From Paraspadella gotoi (lineage: Eukaryota > Animalia > Chaetognatha), in the NCBI GenBank assembly GCA_051294375.1, contig CM119267.1:12281644-12345643 (forward strand): a stretch of DNA of 64,000 nt. The letters run 5' to 3'. The position numbers and the translations under genes are program-made. Shown one piece after another: positions 1 through 14,359 of the stretch. Under the pieces are notes generated by a model, which worked only from the letters and a program-made list of their open reading frames with translations, was not told the DNA's origin and made no database searches. The first letter of the stretch is position 1. The number at the start of each line of letters is the position of its first letter.

Positions 1-1289
1 GAGAGAAAATAAAAATAATTATATGGGTGGATACGAGCTAAAAATATTTGCCTTAAATTTCCCAAACCAGAGACTGACAAGGGAGAATTAAAACCGGTCT
101 AAACTCGAAACACTTCCTCCTTGTCTAATTCGAGTTTGCTCGTACCTAGAAGTACAACACCCACGTTGTTGTCACTCGAATAACCAGAAGTCTATTTTTT
201 TACGGGACTAAAGTTGTAAATTTGTTTCGGTTTACGCCTTAACATCGGGGCTATTTTCTTGATGATCGGTTGAACTGTTATTTGTCCTCTACGTAATATT
301 TTCCTTTTTCGGAGTGTAGTTTATATAAGAGTTTCATATTATAACCTCTTTTGGAAGTAATAAATATTTTTATTTGTGGAAATAATTTTTTATGCAGTAA
401 GGGAGGTCAATATTAATATTAAAATACTATTTAATGACCAAAAAATATATTTGACATGAAATTAACCGACTTTTCCAAACCGCAGACAATTTTCCATCAA
501 TGATATCATTACTTGTTTACAAAAAACCCACAAATTTTTCAAAAACGATTGGGAAAATATAAAAAATGCCACCTTGTAGTCTTTACTAATATAGATAAGG
601 AAAATATTATTTTTGTACCACCAATGGACGGTTATCGGGTTCACTACTTTAACTTATGGATCTCAAATCAGATTTAATTCAGAATCAATTAGTTTAAATA
701 ATTCAAGTAGACTTATTTATTAATCACCAGTCTGGTCCCACAGCAAAAAAAAACCTTTTGCCAATTTACATTCATCCATGACTCTTGTATGGAGAGTACA
801 TGGAACCGGGCAGATCACGTTTCCCGATTTCAATGTTTATTCAGTATTAAAACTTAAAACCGCCGCCATTTTAGCGAACGGCCGTCCACTCGTCTCTATT
901 CCGCCTCCGACCGTCGAAGCGGTGGTATTAAAACTTCTTTTATAACTTCTTCATATAACTAAACCTTTTTATTTTTTACGTTTAATGTTTTTAATTTTTT
1001 TTTCATCAACGGTCTATCCGATCACAATGCAAAAGGCGGCTTTCTAATTCCCGACTTATCTATTCAAAGGCGGCGGGCGCCGACTTTTTTAAATGCTAAT
1101 CCTGGGATTTGGTTTCGCGCTCGTCATCGGTGGTCCGTCATCGTCGACGGGCGTGACCATTGACGATGACGTGACGATAACGATGACAAAAAGACGACAA
1201 AAGATGATTGGGATAATCAAATGGTGATGCGTTACGCATAAAGACAATATTTTGGTTCTTAGTTGTTACTTCGAACGTGAACGTGGGTC

Positions 1290-1435
1290 TTGATGTTGAA
1301 AGGTGCAGGGTCATACTTGTTAAAAGTGATGGAGGATTAACCTACCATAGTCCTGTTTCAAAGTCAGGGGCAGGGATAACTTATTATTAAATGAATGATT
1401 TAACTATTTTATTGGTATTACCAATTTCATGTATT
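1290..1435 (+). repeat. Diverged partial copy of the ~290-bp dispersed/tandem repeat (mirror at ~13445-13605)
   Basis: aagtgatggagg...aaagtcagggg...attaaatgaatg...ccaatttcat matches the unit at 46518-46822. Confidence 0.75.
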
Positions 1436-2400
1436 AGTTTTTTCGTGTCTGAAGTTCGCCTCTTCATAATCAAGAAAGTAGGCAAAGGGTTGTTGAGACG
1501 CAACCGAAGTAACGATGCTGACGTTCATCACTCAACTGAAAACCTGAAATGAAATTCGTGGGCGCTGGGTGTGGCGCGATATTCTGCGATCGTAAACTCA
1601 GCACTCGATCTTCACTTGGCAACTCTGATCGTGGTTTCATGTGGCGTCTGATAAATGACTTCGATTTGATTCAACTGACGCTTTAGGAGTAAAAACTAAA
1701 GACAAAAAGTTTTGACTATCGCATCTGCAGCATTATCGCTGTCCTTGAAAGAGAGAGAGAGAGCGGAAGAGAGAGAGAGAGAGTAGAGAGAGAGAGAGAG
1801 AGAGAGAGAGACGAGAAGAGAGAAGAGGAGAGAAGAGAAGAGGAGAGAGAGAGAGAGACATAAAATTTACAGCAAAAGTAACTTTGAAAAATTAATTTCA
1901 GAAAGAAAAACACGAGTGAGTTTCGGTGACTTATATGGATATCGTTAAAAATTACAATATGTCTTGCAATTATTTTCTTCTCTATTAAGGAGATTTGTAT
2001 TTGGAATTAACTAATAAAACCATATGGTAAGTGGCTAATGATGAGGCAGTATAAAATAGTCAATAGTCAGTTGCTTGGAACGATTGTGATATGGCGTTCT
2101 GTAACTTGCGCCGCCGCGATTTTGTAAAAAAGGTACAAGTGTGATAACATTTAAAAGCTCGGCAAAGTCTTTTTCCTTCTTTGTTGATCAGTCGCCTTTG
2201 TCCACGATGAAAGTACGCATTCAGAAACGTGCAACAAAAGTGCAACAGCCCCTGCAAATTTTAAAACGTAAATTAAAAATGAAATAGATAAAACACAAAT
2301 CGACTGCATCAGGTATTCGCATTTTTGAATTCCAAATACAGTGTAAAAAAGGGGATAGTCTATTTACCCCTTCTTCCTTCTCATTTCACCTCCTTCTCAT

Positions 2401-3018
2401 TAAGGCGTAGTGAAAGTTACATACGAAGATTGTCTAAAAGTCTATTATGACAAACATACATCAGTGAACATTAATTTGTAAAAAAAAATAATTTTATGTT
2501 TTTTTAATTTTCGCAGTCGGCTATATTATTTATAGTCTATCCTTTAAATATAGAAAATTTTCAAATAGGCTTTTCTTAATGTTTGATTGCAGATTTTGAA
2601 TTCCTCGTTCAGTTGATAAAGGAAATATAAATCATTTTACAAAATACTTTCATTAGTGGGTTAAAAAATTTTAAAAAATATATTTAATATATTAGAAAAA
2701 TTTTCAGCTTAAAATATAGCTTTTTCTAATTTTTGACACTTAATGAAGGAATTTTTTAAAAAAGAGTTATATTTCTTGTTATCAACATTTTTATGACGAT
2801 CCAAATCTGCAAAAAAAATCTTTAGAAAAAACTGTTTGAAATTTTAACATTATTGGTTTAGTACTAGTATTAAAGTATTGGCTACTGCGTTAATTGTAAA
2901 ATTTAATTCTTAAATTTTTTTATTACATAAATGTTTTATTAGTTATAGTATTGTTCATTCCTCACGTTTTAGGGAATTTTTAATTAAAGTTAAATTTAGC
3001 AATTTTACGTACGCCTTA
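2401..3018. mobile_element. Non-autonomous hAT-like element (family 1), ~620 bp
   Basis: TIR taaggcgta...tacgcctta (YARNG-type end); 8-bp TSD cttctcat/ctcctcat (perfect in the 11795-12456 copy); empty site at ~8690. Confidence 0.85.
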
Positions 3019-3309
3019 CTCCTCATCCTCCTCCCAGGGATTTGGGCGCGTTCTTCGATGTTCAGTTCCACCTTCTCGTCTCTTCTCCTACTAGTTTCTC
3101 CCCTTTTTACCCTCATGATTCTTCTCGCCGTATGATTTTCCTACGGTCAATATAGTATTTTCCACGCATTCTGTGTGCTAATATTTCTGAATCATTATTT
3201 ATTTAAAATATAGGGGAAACACATAGGGAAAACAGCCTAGATTATTGTCAAGTTTTATTTTCAAGAACGGGCTCCGACTTACAGAAAGCTTCATTAATAA
3301 GAATGAGTA

Positions 3310-3840
3310 CCCCTTTTTTGTGACCAGAATTGTGTCTACCAGACTACTGATTGAATTTCGATGAAATTTTTACAATGAGGTCCTTAATGACGATTTATAA
3401 AATGGGAACTATCGAGGCGATTAGACATATTCCAACCCCTGTGGGGCCAAAAAACAAAAAAATTTTTTTTTATTTTGAAATTTTTAGTTTCGCATCAGGT
3501 GCTTGACGTTTGCTTAAACATATCAAACATCGAAACTAAAATTGACAAATTTTCAATAATTAAGCAAAGTTTAAGATGCATGGTTCAGCTTCTTTAATTC
3601 AATTTTCCCAAATTATTCAAACTGACTTGAACTGCATGATCTTTTATTACATGTTTTTGCCTTTATGGTGTGATCCCTCCGGGGCCCCATTATCTTGGCT
3701 CAGGGTCAAATATTGAAAGTCGCCTCGATAGTTCTATTTGTATTCACACTAAAATTCACACTAAAAATATTCAAACTAAATTTCAATAAATTTTGGTCCA
3801 AGTAGTTTTCCCGGAGTGTGTTCTGGTCACAAAAAAAGGG
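3310..3840. mobile_element. MITE with long imperfect TIRs (copies 4619-4973 partial, 7823-8400, 10918-11479)
   Basis: ta-cccctttttgtgaccagaa ... ttctggtcacaaaaaaaggg-ta, plus an inner inverted pair aactatcgaggcga / tcgcctcgatagtt; no ORF. Confidence 0.8.
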
Positions 3841-4571
3841 TACTAATCAACGGGGAGGTAGCCTGTGATACCCGGGCGCGGGTATCTCGACCAACTGCGT
3901 AGGGCGCGGACCCTCACGTGACCCGCCTCCTGTCGACTGGCATTTATTATACCGGCACCGTCACATTTAAGCAAGAACGGAGATCCCAGGATTGCAACCC
4001 AGGACGCAAGGATGGAATGAGAGAAATTTAGCCTCTCAGCCGTTGAGACGAGGCTTGAGGACGGACGCAGCTTGAGCAGCTTTAACGTCTTGCCTGCCAC
4101 AGTAGCCTGCTTTATAATATGATTCCTGTTGTTATATTAATTAGCAAGTACAGTTACTTACTCTTGATTATTTATTTTATTTTAAAAAAACCCAATATTC
4201 TTACACATTCGGTTTGATGCCGGTTGAATGTCCCTAGGCGACGCCTCCTCTGCGCGCTTGACTTTTCCAACGTTCCATCGTTATCTTCTTCGAAGAGAAA
4301 CGTGTGGCCAATTCAGGTCTGGTTCTATGGGGCGCGCTTGCGGGAGCGACGCCACGCCGAGAAAGCGATAGACACCATCAGCCATATTAGAGCGCATTTG
4401 TTTCTCGCTCAGAGTATTTTGTGTTCATTGTGAAAATCGCGATTTAGTCGCAAGCTTGAGGGTATCAATTTTTTAAAAGTCGAAGAGGTTTGGACTTTAA
4501 ATTAAAAATAAAATTACTAATGATGCACGAAATGGCTACAATATGANNNNNNNNNNNNNNNNNNNNNNNNN

Positions 4572-4973
4572 TACCCCGCGCCCCGGGTATCACAGGCTAT
4601 CCTCCCGTTGATATAGTACCCCTTTTTTGTGACCAGAACACACTCCGGGAAAACTACTGGACCAAATTTATTGAAATTTAGTTTGAATATTTAGTGTGAA
4701 TTTAGTGTGAATACAAATAGAACTATCGAGGCGAATTTCAATATTTGACCCCTGAGCCAAGATATGGGGCCCCGGAGGGATCACCCATAAAGGCAAAACA
4801 TGGTCAAAAAAGATCAGCAGTTCAAGTCAGTTTTGGAATAATTTGGGAAAATTGGAATTAAAAACCTGAACCATGCATCTTCAAACTATGCTTAATTATT
4901 GAAAATTTGTCAATTTTAGTTCGATTGTTTTTGATATGTTTAAAACGTCAATGCACCTGATGCGACTAAAAAA
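4572..4973 (-). repeat. Short inverted copy of ~3480-3885 between two 25-N gaps
   Basis: Reverse complement of the MITE and its flank; bounded by N25 at 4547-4571 and 4974-4998. Confidence 0.9.
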
Positions 4974-5959
4974 NNNNNNNNNNNNNNNNNNNNNNNNNGG
5001 CGGGCGGAGGCTCGGCGTATTTAGGACTTCTAAGGTTCCCTAGAATTTGACGCCGGAACGAAAGTTAAACAGTGAAGAAAGGGATTACAAGATCAGCCGG
5101 CGTCAGCCGAATAACGCCGAGATGTCGCCTCGAGACTGCCGGTTTAATTAAATGGGCTGCGACTCTGAGTGGACCTGGGTGTTAAGGCGGGCCAGAATCT
5201 TAACGATATTTTAAAATTTTTTAACAACCAAATTGAACTGTATGCATGTTAGATTTTGATGAATTAATTTTCCTCGTGCAATTTTTAAAAAAGCTTCTTA
5301 TAATATATTAATTATAATATAATATAAAAATGTATTTTGCATAAAATTTTTAAAAAAAGTAAGATAAAGCGTTCAGTACTACAAATTTTTAAAATTGTAA
5401 TGGATAAAATGAGCCCTAAAACTTTTAAAAAGAAATCGATCGTCATTTCATTAACCATTTTATACTTTTTATTAGATTTTCCTAGAAAAATTAATTAAAA
5501 CTTCGATATACTGTAGCCCATTATGCGTCACTTTAGTTTTACGAAATACTAATGCTTAAATAGTAAAAAATTCATTTTTAAAACTCCATTTAAAATTAAT
5601 TTTTAAAAGCGTTTCTGAAAATCAAAATTTAAGACTATGCTACAGACTTTCAAATTGTCTAATATGCTGATCACTAAAACCAGAAAGGTAAATAATTAAT
5701 CAAAAATTATAAAAAAAAATTTAAAGAGCGTACAGACAGTTAAAAACGTTATTACGATGAATGAGAGGAGAGATAGAGAGACGAGACGAGATCGATGAGA
5801 CGAGGAGAGCCATAAGAGGAGGGAGAGAGACTGATGCAGAGAGAGAAGAGAGATAACGGACACGACACACGTGGTAGAGAGATGACGAGGAGAGAGGAGA
5901 GAATGGTGCTGCGGTTTATCTCTCGGGGACGTCGGAGAGGTTTTCCAGATAATAAAATT

Positions 5960-7030
5960 CATTTCCCTTTTTCGACAATTGATATTAACACTGAGCGACT
6001 TGTAACAAGGAAGCTTTGTGAAGGGGAGAAGGAGGGGAAAGGGAAAACAAAAAAACAATTGCCGCGTTAATTCGTTGCTAACGCCCAATGTACCAGTTAA
6101 TTCAAATGAAGGAGAAGAATTTAATTTAAGGATTTTGCAGTCAACTTTCCTGATCCTTCGAGAAAAATTAAGAAAATTGAACAAAAAAAATTTAAATTTA
6201 TAAAAAGGAAATATGAGGTCGAAGAGAAGGCTAAGAGGAGGATGGAGTGGGGCGACAACGCGATTATGCTAGAGAAGCATGAAGGCGATGAGACATTAAT
6301 TAAGAAAATCGCCCACGAGACGACGACGACGACGACGACGACAGATTGACGATGTCGACGCACGTCAAAGATTTCATGACACACAACGCAGCGTTTAGAA
6401 ATGGAATTGAGGTGATGCTCATGCGGCGGCTATCTAATGGATTGATGAACTAGATTTATTATCGTTACTAAATTATTACAGCATAAAATTAATTTCTCTA
6501 TTGTCTTGGCCTATTCTAAGCTTATTCGCTACTCATAATTTAATTATTTAAATGTAAAGAGAAATTAAAGACGATTAGATAAAATAAGACGACAACTTCG
6601 TCGCCAGTCCAAAGAAAATATAATACGGAGATGAAAATAAAAGCATAAGATTATATGGCCGTGAGCGATACGAGCCTAAAAATAGTTATGCGCTTAAATT
6701 TCCCAAACGCAGAGACTGCCACGAACGGTACTAGAGAATTAAAACCAGATATACTTCGGCTCAGTCCTTAAACTCTCACTCGATACCAGCTCTCTGCTTC
6801 GTCTAATCTCGAGTTTTGCCATTCGTACCTATGAAGTACAACACCCACGTTGTTTGTTCGACTCAGAATAACCAGAGTCTATTTTTATACGTGTACTAAA
6901 GTGTGTAAATTTTTCGGTTTACGCCCTTAAACATCAGTGGCTATTTTCTTGATGATCGTGTTGAACCTGTTATTTGTCTTCTACGTAATAGTTTTCCTTT
7001 TTCGGAGTGTAGTTTAGTATAGAGTTTTCA
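5960..7030 (+). repeat. Direct duplicate of ~9200-10180 (3' part also equals 1-338)
   Basis: Collinear (e.g. aacttcgtcgccagtc, cggagtgtagtt) with many single-base insertions. Confidence 0.9.
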
Positions 7031-9156
7031 TCATTGTAGCATGTTCGGTGCATCATAGTCAGAATGATTTATTTTCATATTTAAAGATCAAGACGCTACT
7101 TCGACTTTTTTAAAAAATGATACCTCGAAGCTATCGAGCTAAATTCGCGTATTCACAGATGAACAGCAAAATACTTGAGCCCCGAGAAAACAATGCCCGC
7201 CTTAATAATTGGCTCGGATAGGTGTCTATCGGCTCTCGGCGTGGCGTCGCTCCCGGCTAGCGCCGCCTCGATAGGACCCACAGAGCCTGATTGGCCCACA
7301 CGTTCTCTTCGAAGAAGAAGAAACGCATGGAAGCGTGTGAAAGAGTCAAGCGCCAGAGTGAGCGTCGCCTAGGGACACAACCGGCCACAGACGAATGCTG
7401 CTTAAGAAATAATTGGGGTTTTTTTTTAAAATTAAAATAAATCAATCAAAGTAGTAACTGTACTTGGCTATCATTCGAATACGTACCAAGGTAATCATTA
7501 TTATAAAATGAGGTACTGTGGGCCAGAGACTGAAATAGGCTGCCTCCATCGTTGCTGTTCGCATCGCTCAGCCTGCCGTCTCAATGGCTGAGACCAGCGA
7601 CTAAAATCAATCTGCATTCCATCCGTGCGTCCCGGGTTCCAATCCCCTGGAGTATCCCGAGTTTGGCCCTTAGCACGATGCTTCTGACGGTGCCGGCTTA
7701 TAAAAATGCCTCAGTGAGCAGGAGGCGGTCAGCTGAGGGTCCGCATGCCCCTCGCCAGGTTTGGTGAATACCGCGGCGCCCCGGGTATGCATCATGGTAT
7801 CCTCCCGCTTCGAGCTATAGTACCCCTTTTTTGCTGACCAGCAACCACACTCGGGAAAACACTGGCACCCAAATTTATGAAATCTTAGTTTGAATTATTT
7901 TAGTTGTGAATTTAGTCGTGAATCAAAATTAGAACTACGAGGCGAAGTTCAATATTTGCACCCCTGATGCGCAAGATAAGGGATATGGGGCTCCGGAGGG
8001 ATCAACCCATAGAATGGCACAAACATGGTGCAAGAAGAGATCAGCAAGTATCACAAAGTCAGTTTTGTAGAAAATTCTGCGGAAAATGGAATTTAAAATA
8101 CCTGAACCGAATCAATCTTCAAAACTAGCTATAATTATTGAAAATTGTCAATTTTAGTTCGATGTTTTTGATATGTTGTTAAAACGTCAATGCCACCTTG
8201 ATGCGACTAAAAAATTTCAAAAAACATAAAAAACCATTTTTTGTTTTTTTGGCCCCACAATGGAGGTTTGACATATTTAAATTCCCTCGATAGTTCCATT
8301 TATATTCGTCATTAGACAGCTGCATTAAGTAAAATTACATGAAATTCAATCAGTTTAGTTCTTTGGATAGGAATCAGATTGCTGGTCACAAAAAAGGGCG
8401 TACCTCATTTTATAATATGAAGCTTTCTGTAATCGGGAGCCGTTCTTGAAAAATAAAACTTGACAAATAATTCTAGTGCTGTTTTCTCTATGTGTTTTCC
8501 CCTATATTTTAAATAATATTTGATTCAGAAATATACACAAGAATGCGTGAAAATAATATATTGACTGTAGGAAAATCTATACGGCAACAAAATCATGAGG
8601 GTAAAAAAGGGGAGAAACTAGTAGGAGAAGAGAGAGAAGGTGAACTGAACCTCGAGAACGCGGCCCCGAATCTCTAGGAGAAAGGATGAAGAGGAGGTGA
8701 ATGAGAAGGAGAGGGGTAATAGACTATCCCCTTTTACACTGTATTGGAAATCAAAAAATGCGAATACCTGATGCAGTCGATTGTTTTATCTATTTCTTTT
8801 TAATTTACGTTTTAATATATTGCAGGGGCTGTTGGCACTTTTGTTGCACGTTTCCTGAATGCGATACTTTCATCGTGGACAAAGGCGACTTCAACAAAGA
8901 AGGAAAAAGACTTTGCCGAGCTTTTAAATGTAATCACACTTGTACCTTTTTTACCAAAATCGGCGCGGCGCAAGTTCACAGAACGTCCATATCACAAGTC
9001 GTTCCAAGCAACTGATATTGACTTATTTTTTACTGCCTCATCATTAGCCACTTACCATATGGTTTATTAGTTAATTCCAAATACAAATCTTCCTTAATAA
9101 GAAGAAATAATTGCAAGACATATTGTATTTTTACGATACCATAAAGTCACACCGAT
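7030..9156 (+). repeat. Third copy of the 10180-12960 block, lacking the hAT insertion
   Basis: Collinear with 10180-11790 and then 12460-12960; very indel-rich; ends at N25. Confidence 0.88.
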
Positions 9157-11794
9157 NNNNNNNNNNNNNNNNNNNNNNNNNAAAAAAAGAGAGAGATTTT
9201 TTCGAAATTGAATTTAACGAGCGACTGTAAAAAGGAAGCTTTTGTGAAGGGGAGAAGGAGGGGAAGGGAAAATCCAAAAACAATTGCGGATAGATTTCGT
9301 AGTAATCGCAATCACAGTTTAATTCAAATTGAAGGAAGAGAATTAATTAAGGATTTGGAAGTCAACTTCTCTGATCCTTCGAGAAAAACTTTAAGAAATT
9401 GACAAAAAGTTTACAACATTTAATAAAGGAAAAGTTAGGCGGAAGGAGAAGGAAGAAGGAGGAATGGAGTGGGGAACCAACGCGATTAATGCAAAGAGAA
9501 GATAAGGCAGAGAAATTAATTAAGAAATCGCCCGACAGAACGACGACCGACCGACGAACGCACGATGTCGACGACGTCAAAGATTTTCAGTGATCAACCA
9601 CACGCCAGCGTAGAGAATGGGACAATGTGAGGTGATGCCTCATCGGGGGGCTAATCCCTAACGTGATGTATGACTAGATTTTAATCGGTACCTAATATTA
9701 GGTAAAATTTAATTTTCATTGTCTTGGGTATTCTAAGCTTTAATCATTAATGTACTTATTTAAATGTAAGAGTAAATAAAGAGTTAATAATCAAGACAGC
9801 AACTTCGTCGCCAGTCAAAGAAATAAAATAGTGAAGAGAAAATAAAAAATTAATGTGATACTGAAGCTAAAATATTTGCCTTAAATTTCCCCAACACCAG
9901 AGAGCTGACACAGGGACGACCACTTAACCGGCTCTAAACTCGAAACACTTCTCCTTGTCTAATTCGAGTTTGCTCGTGACTCCAGCAAGTACAACCACCC
10001 ACGTTGTGTCACTCGAATAACCAGAAGTCTATTTTTTACGGGACTAAGGTTGTAAATTTGTTTCGTTTAACGGCCTTAACATTCGCGCGGGCTATTTCTT
10101 GATGATAACGGTTGAACTGTTTATTTGTCCTCTTACGTATATTTTCCTTTTTCGGAGTGTAGTTTTATATAAGAGTTTTCATAATTGTAGCATTTCGTGA
10201 TCATTAGTAATTTTATTTTTATTAAATCAAACCTTTCTCTCGAGCTTCTGTAAAAAATTGAAGTACCCTTGCAAGCGTGTTCGACTAAATTCAGCGATTG
10301 CACATGACACAGCGAGAAATATCTGAGCCGAGAAACAACAATGCGCCTAATATGGCTGATGGTGTTACGCTCTCGTGCGTGGCGTCGTCTCCCGCAGCCG
10401 CGCCCATAGAACCAGACTGATTGGCCAAACACGTTGTCTCTCGAAGAAGATAACGATGGAGACGTTGGAAAAGTCAAGGCGTCCAGACGGAGGCGGTCGC
10501 CTAGGGACATCAACCGGCTCACACCGAATGTGTAAGAATAAATTGGGTTTTTTTAAAATAAAATAATAATCAAGAGTAAGTAACTGGTAGCTTGTAATTA
10601 ATATAAACGAGCGAACGACTCATATTATATAAGCAGGGTACGTTGTGGCAGGCAAGACGTTAAAGCTGCCAAGCTCGTCCGTCCGTCAAGCCTCGTCTCA
10701 ACGGCTGAGCAGGCTAATTCTCTCATTCCATCCGTGCGGTCCTGGGTTCAATCGCTGGGTCTGGCCGTTCTTGCTTAAATGTGACGGTGCGGTATAAAAA
10801 TTGGCCAGTCGACTTAGGAGGCGGTCACGTGAGGGTCCGCAGCGCGCCTACCGCAGTTGGTCGAGTATAGCCACCGCCGCCCGGGTATCACAGCTATCCT
10901 CCTTCCGTTGATTAGTACCGCTTTTTTGGTGACGCGGAGAACACACTCGGGAAACTCTTGGACAAATTTATTGAAATTTAGTTTGAATATTTTTAGTGTT
11001 GAATTTGAGTGTGAAAATACAAATAGAACTATCGAGGCGATTTTCAATATTTGACCGCTGAGCCAAGATAATGGGGCCCCGAGGGATCACCCATAAAGTG
11101 CAAAAACATTGGTAATCACACAAGATCAGCATGTCATATGTTCAGTTTTTGAATGAGATGGTGGGAAATTGAATTAAAAAGCTGAACCATCATCTAGAAC
11201 TTGGTGCTTAATTATATGATTAATTTGTTCAATTTTAAGTTCGATTGTTTTGACTATGTTTAACAAACGCTCAAGTGCACGCTGATGCGAAACCTACAAA
11301 AATTATCAAAATAAATAAAAAACATTTTTTTGTTTTTTTGGCCCCACAGGGGTTGAATATGTTAAATCGCCTCGATAGATTCCATTATTATAATCGTCAT
11401 TAAGGACCCATTGTAACAAATTTCATCGAAATTCAATCAGTAGTCTGGTAGGTAACAGATTCTGGTCACAAAAAAGGGGTATCTCCATCTTATATAATGA
11501 AAGGCTTTCTGTAATCGGGAGCCGTTCTTGAAAATAAAAACTTGACAATAATTCTTAGGCTGTTTTCCCCTATCGTGTTTCCTCCTCATACTTCTCCTAA
11601 ATAATATCGATTCAGAAATAATAGCACACAAGAACTGCGTGGAAAATACATATATTGACTGTATGCGACAATCTTAATACGGCGAGAAGAATCATGAGGG
11701 AGAAAAGGGGGAGAAACTAGTAGGATGAAAGAGAGAAGGTGGAACTGAACATCGAAGAACGCGCCTCCCAAATCCCTGGGAGGAGGATGAGGAG

Positions 11795-12456
11795 TAAAGG
11801 CGTACGTAAAATTGCTAAATTTAACTTTAATTAAAAATTCCTAAAACGTGAGGAAAATGAACAATACTATATACTAATAAAACATTTTATGTAAAAAAAA
11901 ATTCTAAGAATTAAATTTTAACAATTTACGCAGTAGCGCAATACTGGTATAATACTAGTATGCAAAACCAATAAATGTGTAAAGACAACACGTGGTTTTC
12001 TAGAAGATTTTTTTGCAGATTTGGATTCGCTCATACCAAAAAGTTGAATAACAAGAAATGATTAACTCTTTTTTAAAAATTCCTTCATTTAAGTGGATTC
12101 CAAAAATCAGAAAAAGCTAATATTTTAAGCTCGAAAATTTTTCTAATATATTAAATATAGTTTTTTAAAATTTTTTAACCCACTAATGAAAGTATTTTGT
12201 AAAAATGATTCTATCATTTCTTACTCCAACTTTGAGACGAGGAATTCATAATCTGCAATCAAAATTAAGAAAAGCCTATTTTTGACAAAAAATTTTCTAT
12301 TTTAATAGGATAGACTATAAATAATATCAGCGCGACTGCGAAAATTAAAAAACATAAAATTAATTTTTTTTTACAAATTAATGTTCACTGATGTATGGGT
12401 TGTTCATAATTAGAATCTTTTAGAAATCTTCGTATGTCAACTTTCACTACGCCTTA
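11795..12456. mobile_element. Non-autonomous hAT-like element (family 1), same locus as 2401-3018
   Basis: atgaggag-[taaaggcgta...ctacgcctta]-atgaggag: perfect 8-bp TSD at 11787-11794 and 12457-12464. Confidence 0.88.
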
Positions 12457-14359
12457 ATGAGGAGGAGGTGAAATCCGAGAAGGAGAGGGGTATATAGACT
12501 ATCCCCTTTTTGACAAACTGTATTTGGAATTCAATAAAATGCGAATCCTGATGCAGTCGATTTGTTTTTATCTATTTCTTGTTTATTTACGTTTTAAAAT
12601 TTGCAGGCGGCTGTTTGCACTTTTGTTGCACGATTTCCTGAATGCGTACCTATTCATCGTGGACAAAGGCGACTTTCAAACAAAGAAGGAAAAAGATCTT
12701 TGCGAGCTTTTTAAATGTTATCAACACTTGTACCTTATTTTACAAAATCGCGGCGGCGCAAGTTACAGAACTGTCCATATTCACCGAATCGTGTCCAAGC
12801 AAACTGAATAGTGGGACTATGTTTATACTGCCTCATCCATAGCCACCTTACCATATGGTATTTTTAGTTAATTCCAAATACAAATCTTCCTTAATAGAGA
12901 AGAAAATACATTGCAAGACATATTGGTAATTTTTACGATAACCATATAAGTTCACCCGATAACTCTACTCGTGTTTCTTTCTGATATTAATTTTTCAAAG
13001 TTACTTTTGCTGTAAACTTTCTCATGTCTCTCTTCTCTCTCTCTCTCTATCTCCTCCTCTTCTCTCTTCATCAATGTCTCTCTCTCTCTCTCTCTCTCTC
13101 TCTACTCTCTCTCTCTCTCTTCCGCTCTCTCTCTCTCTTTCAAGGACAGCGATAATGCTGCCAGATCGATAGTCAACTTTTGTCTTTAGTTTTCTCCTAA
13201 GCGTCAGTTGATCAAATCGAAGTCATTTATCAGACGCCACATGAAACCACGATCAAGTTGCCAAGTGAAGATCGAGTGCTGAGTTTACGATCGCCGATTA
13301 TCGACGCCACACCCAGTCGCCCACGAATTTCATTTCAGGTTTTCCAGTTGAGTGATTGACGTCAGCAACGTTACTTCTGTTGCGTCTCAACCCTTTGTCC
13401 TACTTTCTTGATTATGAAGAGGCGAACTCAGACACGAAAAAAACTAATACTATGAAATTGGTATAACCAATAAAATAGTTAAATCATTCATTTAATAAAT
13501 AAGTTATCCTGCCCCTGACTTTGAACAGACTATGGTAGGTTAATTCCTCCATCACTTTTACAAGTAATAACATTGCATGACCCTGCAACCTTTCAATCAA
13601 GACTCACATTCAAGTTCGAAGAAACAACTAAGAACCAAAAATATTTGTCTTTATCGTCGTCATCACCATTATGATTATCCCAATCATCTTTGTCGTCTTC
13701 TTTGTCATCGTTATCGTCATCGTCATCGTCATGGCCACGCCGTCGACGATGACGACCACCGATGACGAGCGCGAACAAATCCAGGATTAGCATTTAAAAA
13801 AGTCGGCGCCCGCTTTGAATAGATTAAGTCGGGAATTAGAAAGCCGCCTTTTTTGCATTGTGATGGAGATAGACGTTGGAGAAAAAAAAATTAAAACATT
13901 AAACGATAAAAAATAAAAAAGGGTTTAGTTATAAAGAAGTTATAAAAGAAGTTTTAATACCACCGCTTCGACGGTCGGGGCGGAATAGAGACGAGTGGAG
14001 GCCGTCCGCTAAAATGGCGGCGGTTTTAATGTTTTATGACTGATAAACCATTTGAAATGGGAAACGTGATCTGCCGGTTCCATGTACTCTTCCATACAAG
14101 AGTCATGGATGAATGTAAATTGGCAAAGGTTTTTTTTTTGCTGTGGGACGGAATGGTGATTAATAAATAATTTACTTGAATTATTTAAACTATTGATTCT
14201 GATTAAATCTGATTTGAGATCCAAAGTTAAATAGTGAGACCCGATACCGTCCATTGGTGGTAAAAAATAATATTTTCCTAATCTAATATTAGTAGATACA
14301 AAGGTGGATTTTTTATATTTTCAAATCGTTTTGAAAATTTGTGGTTTTTGTAAACAGTA

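Larger units (their letters stand above)
340..4546 (-). repeat. Inverted duplicate of block ~10180-14540
   Basis: ataacctcttttggaagtaa at 340 is the reverse complement of ttacttccaaaagaggttat at ~14521-14540; gctacaatatga at 4535-4546 matches tcataattgtagc at ~10179; collinear throughout with scattered indels; ends at a 25-N gap. Confidence 0.93.
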
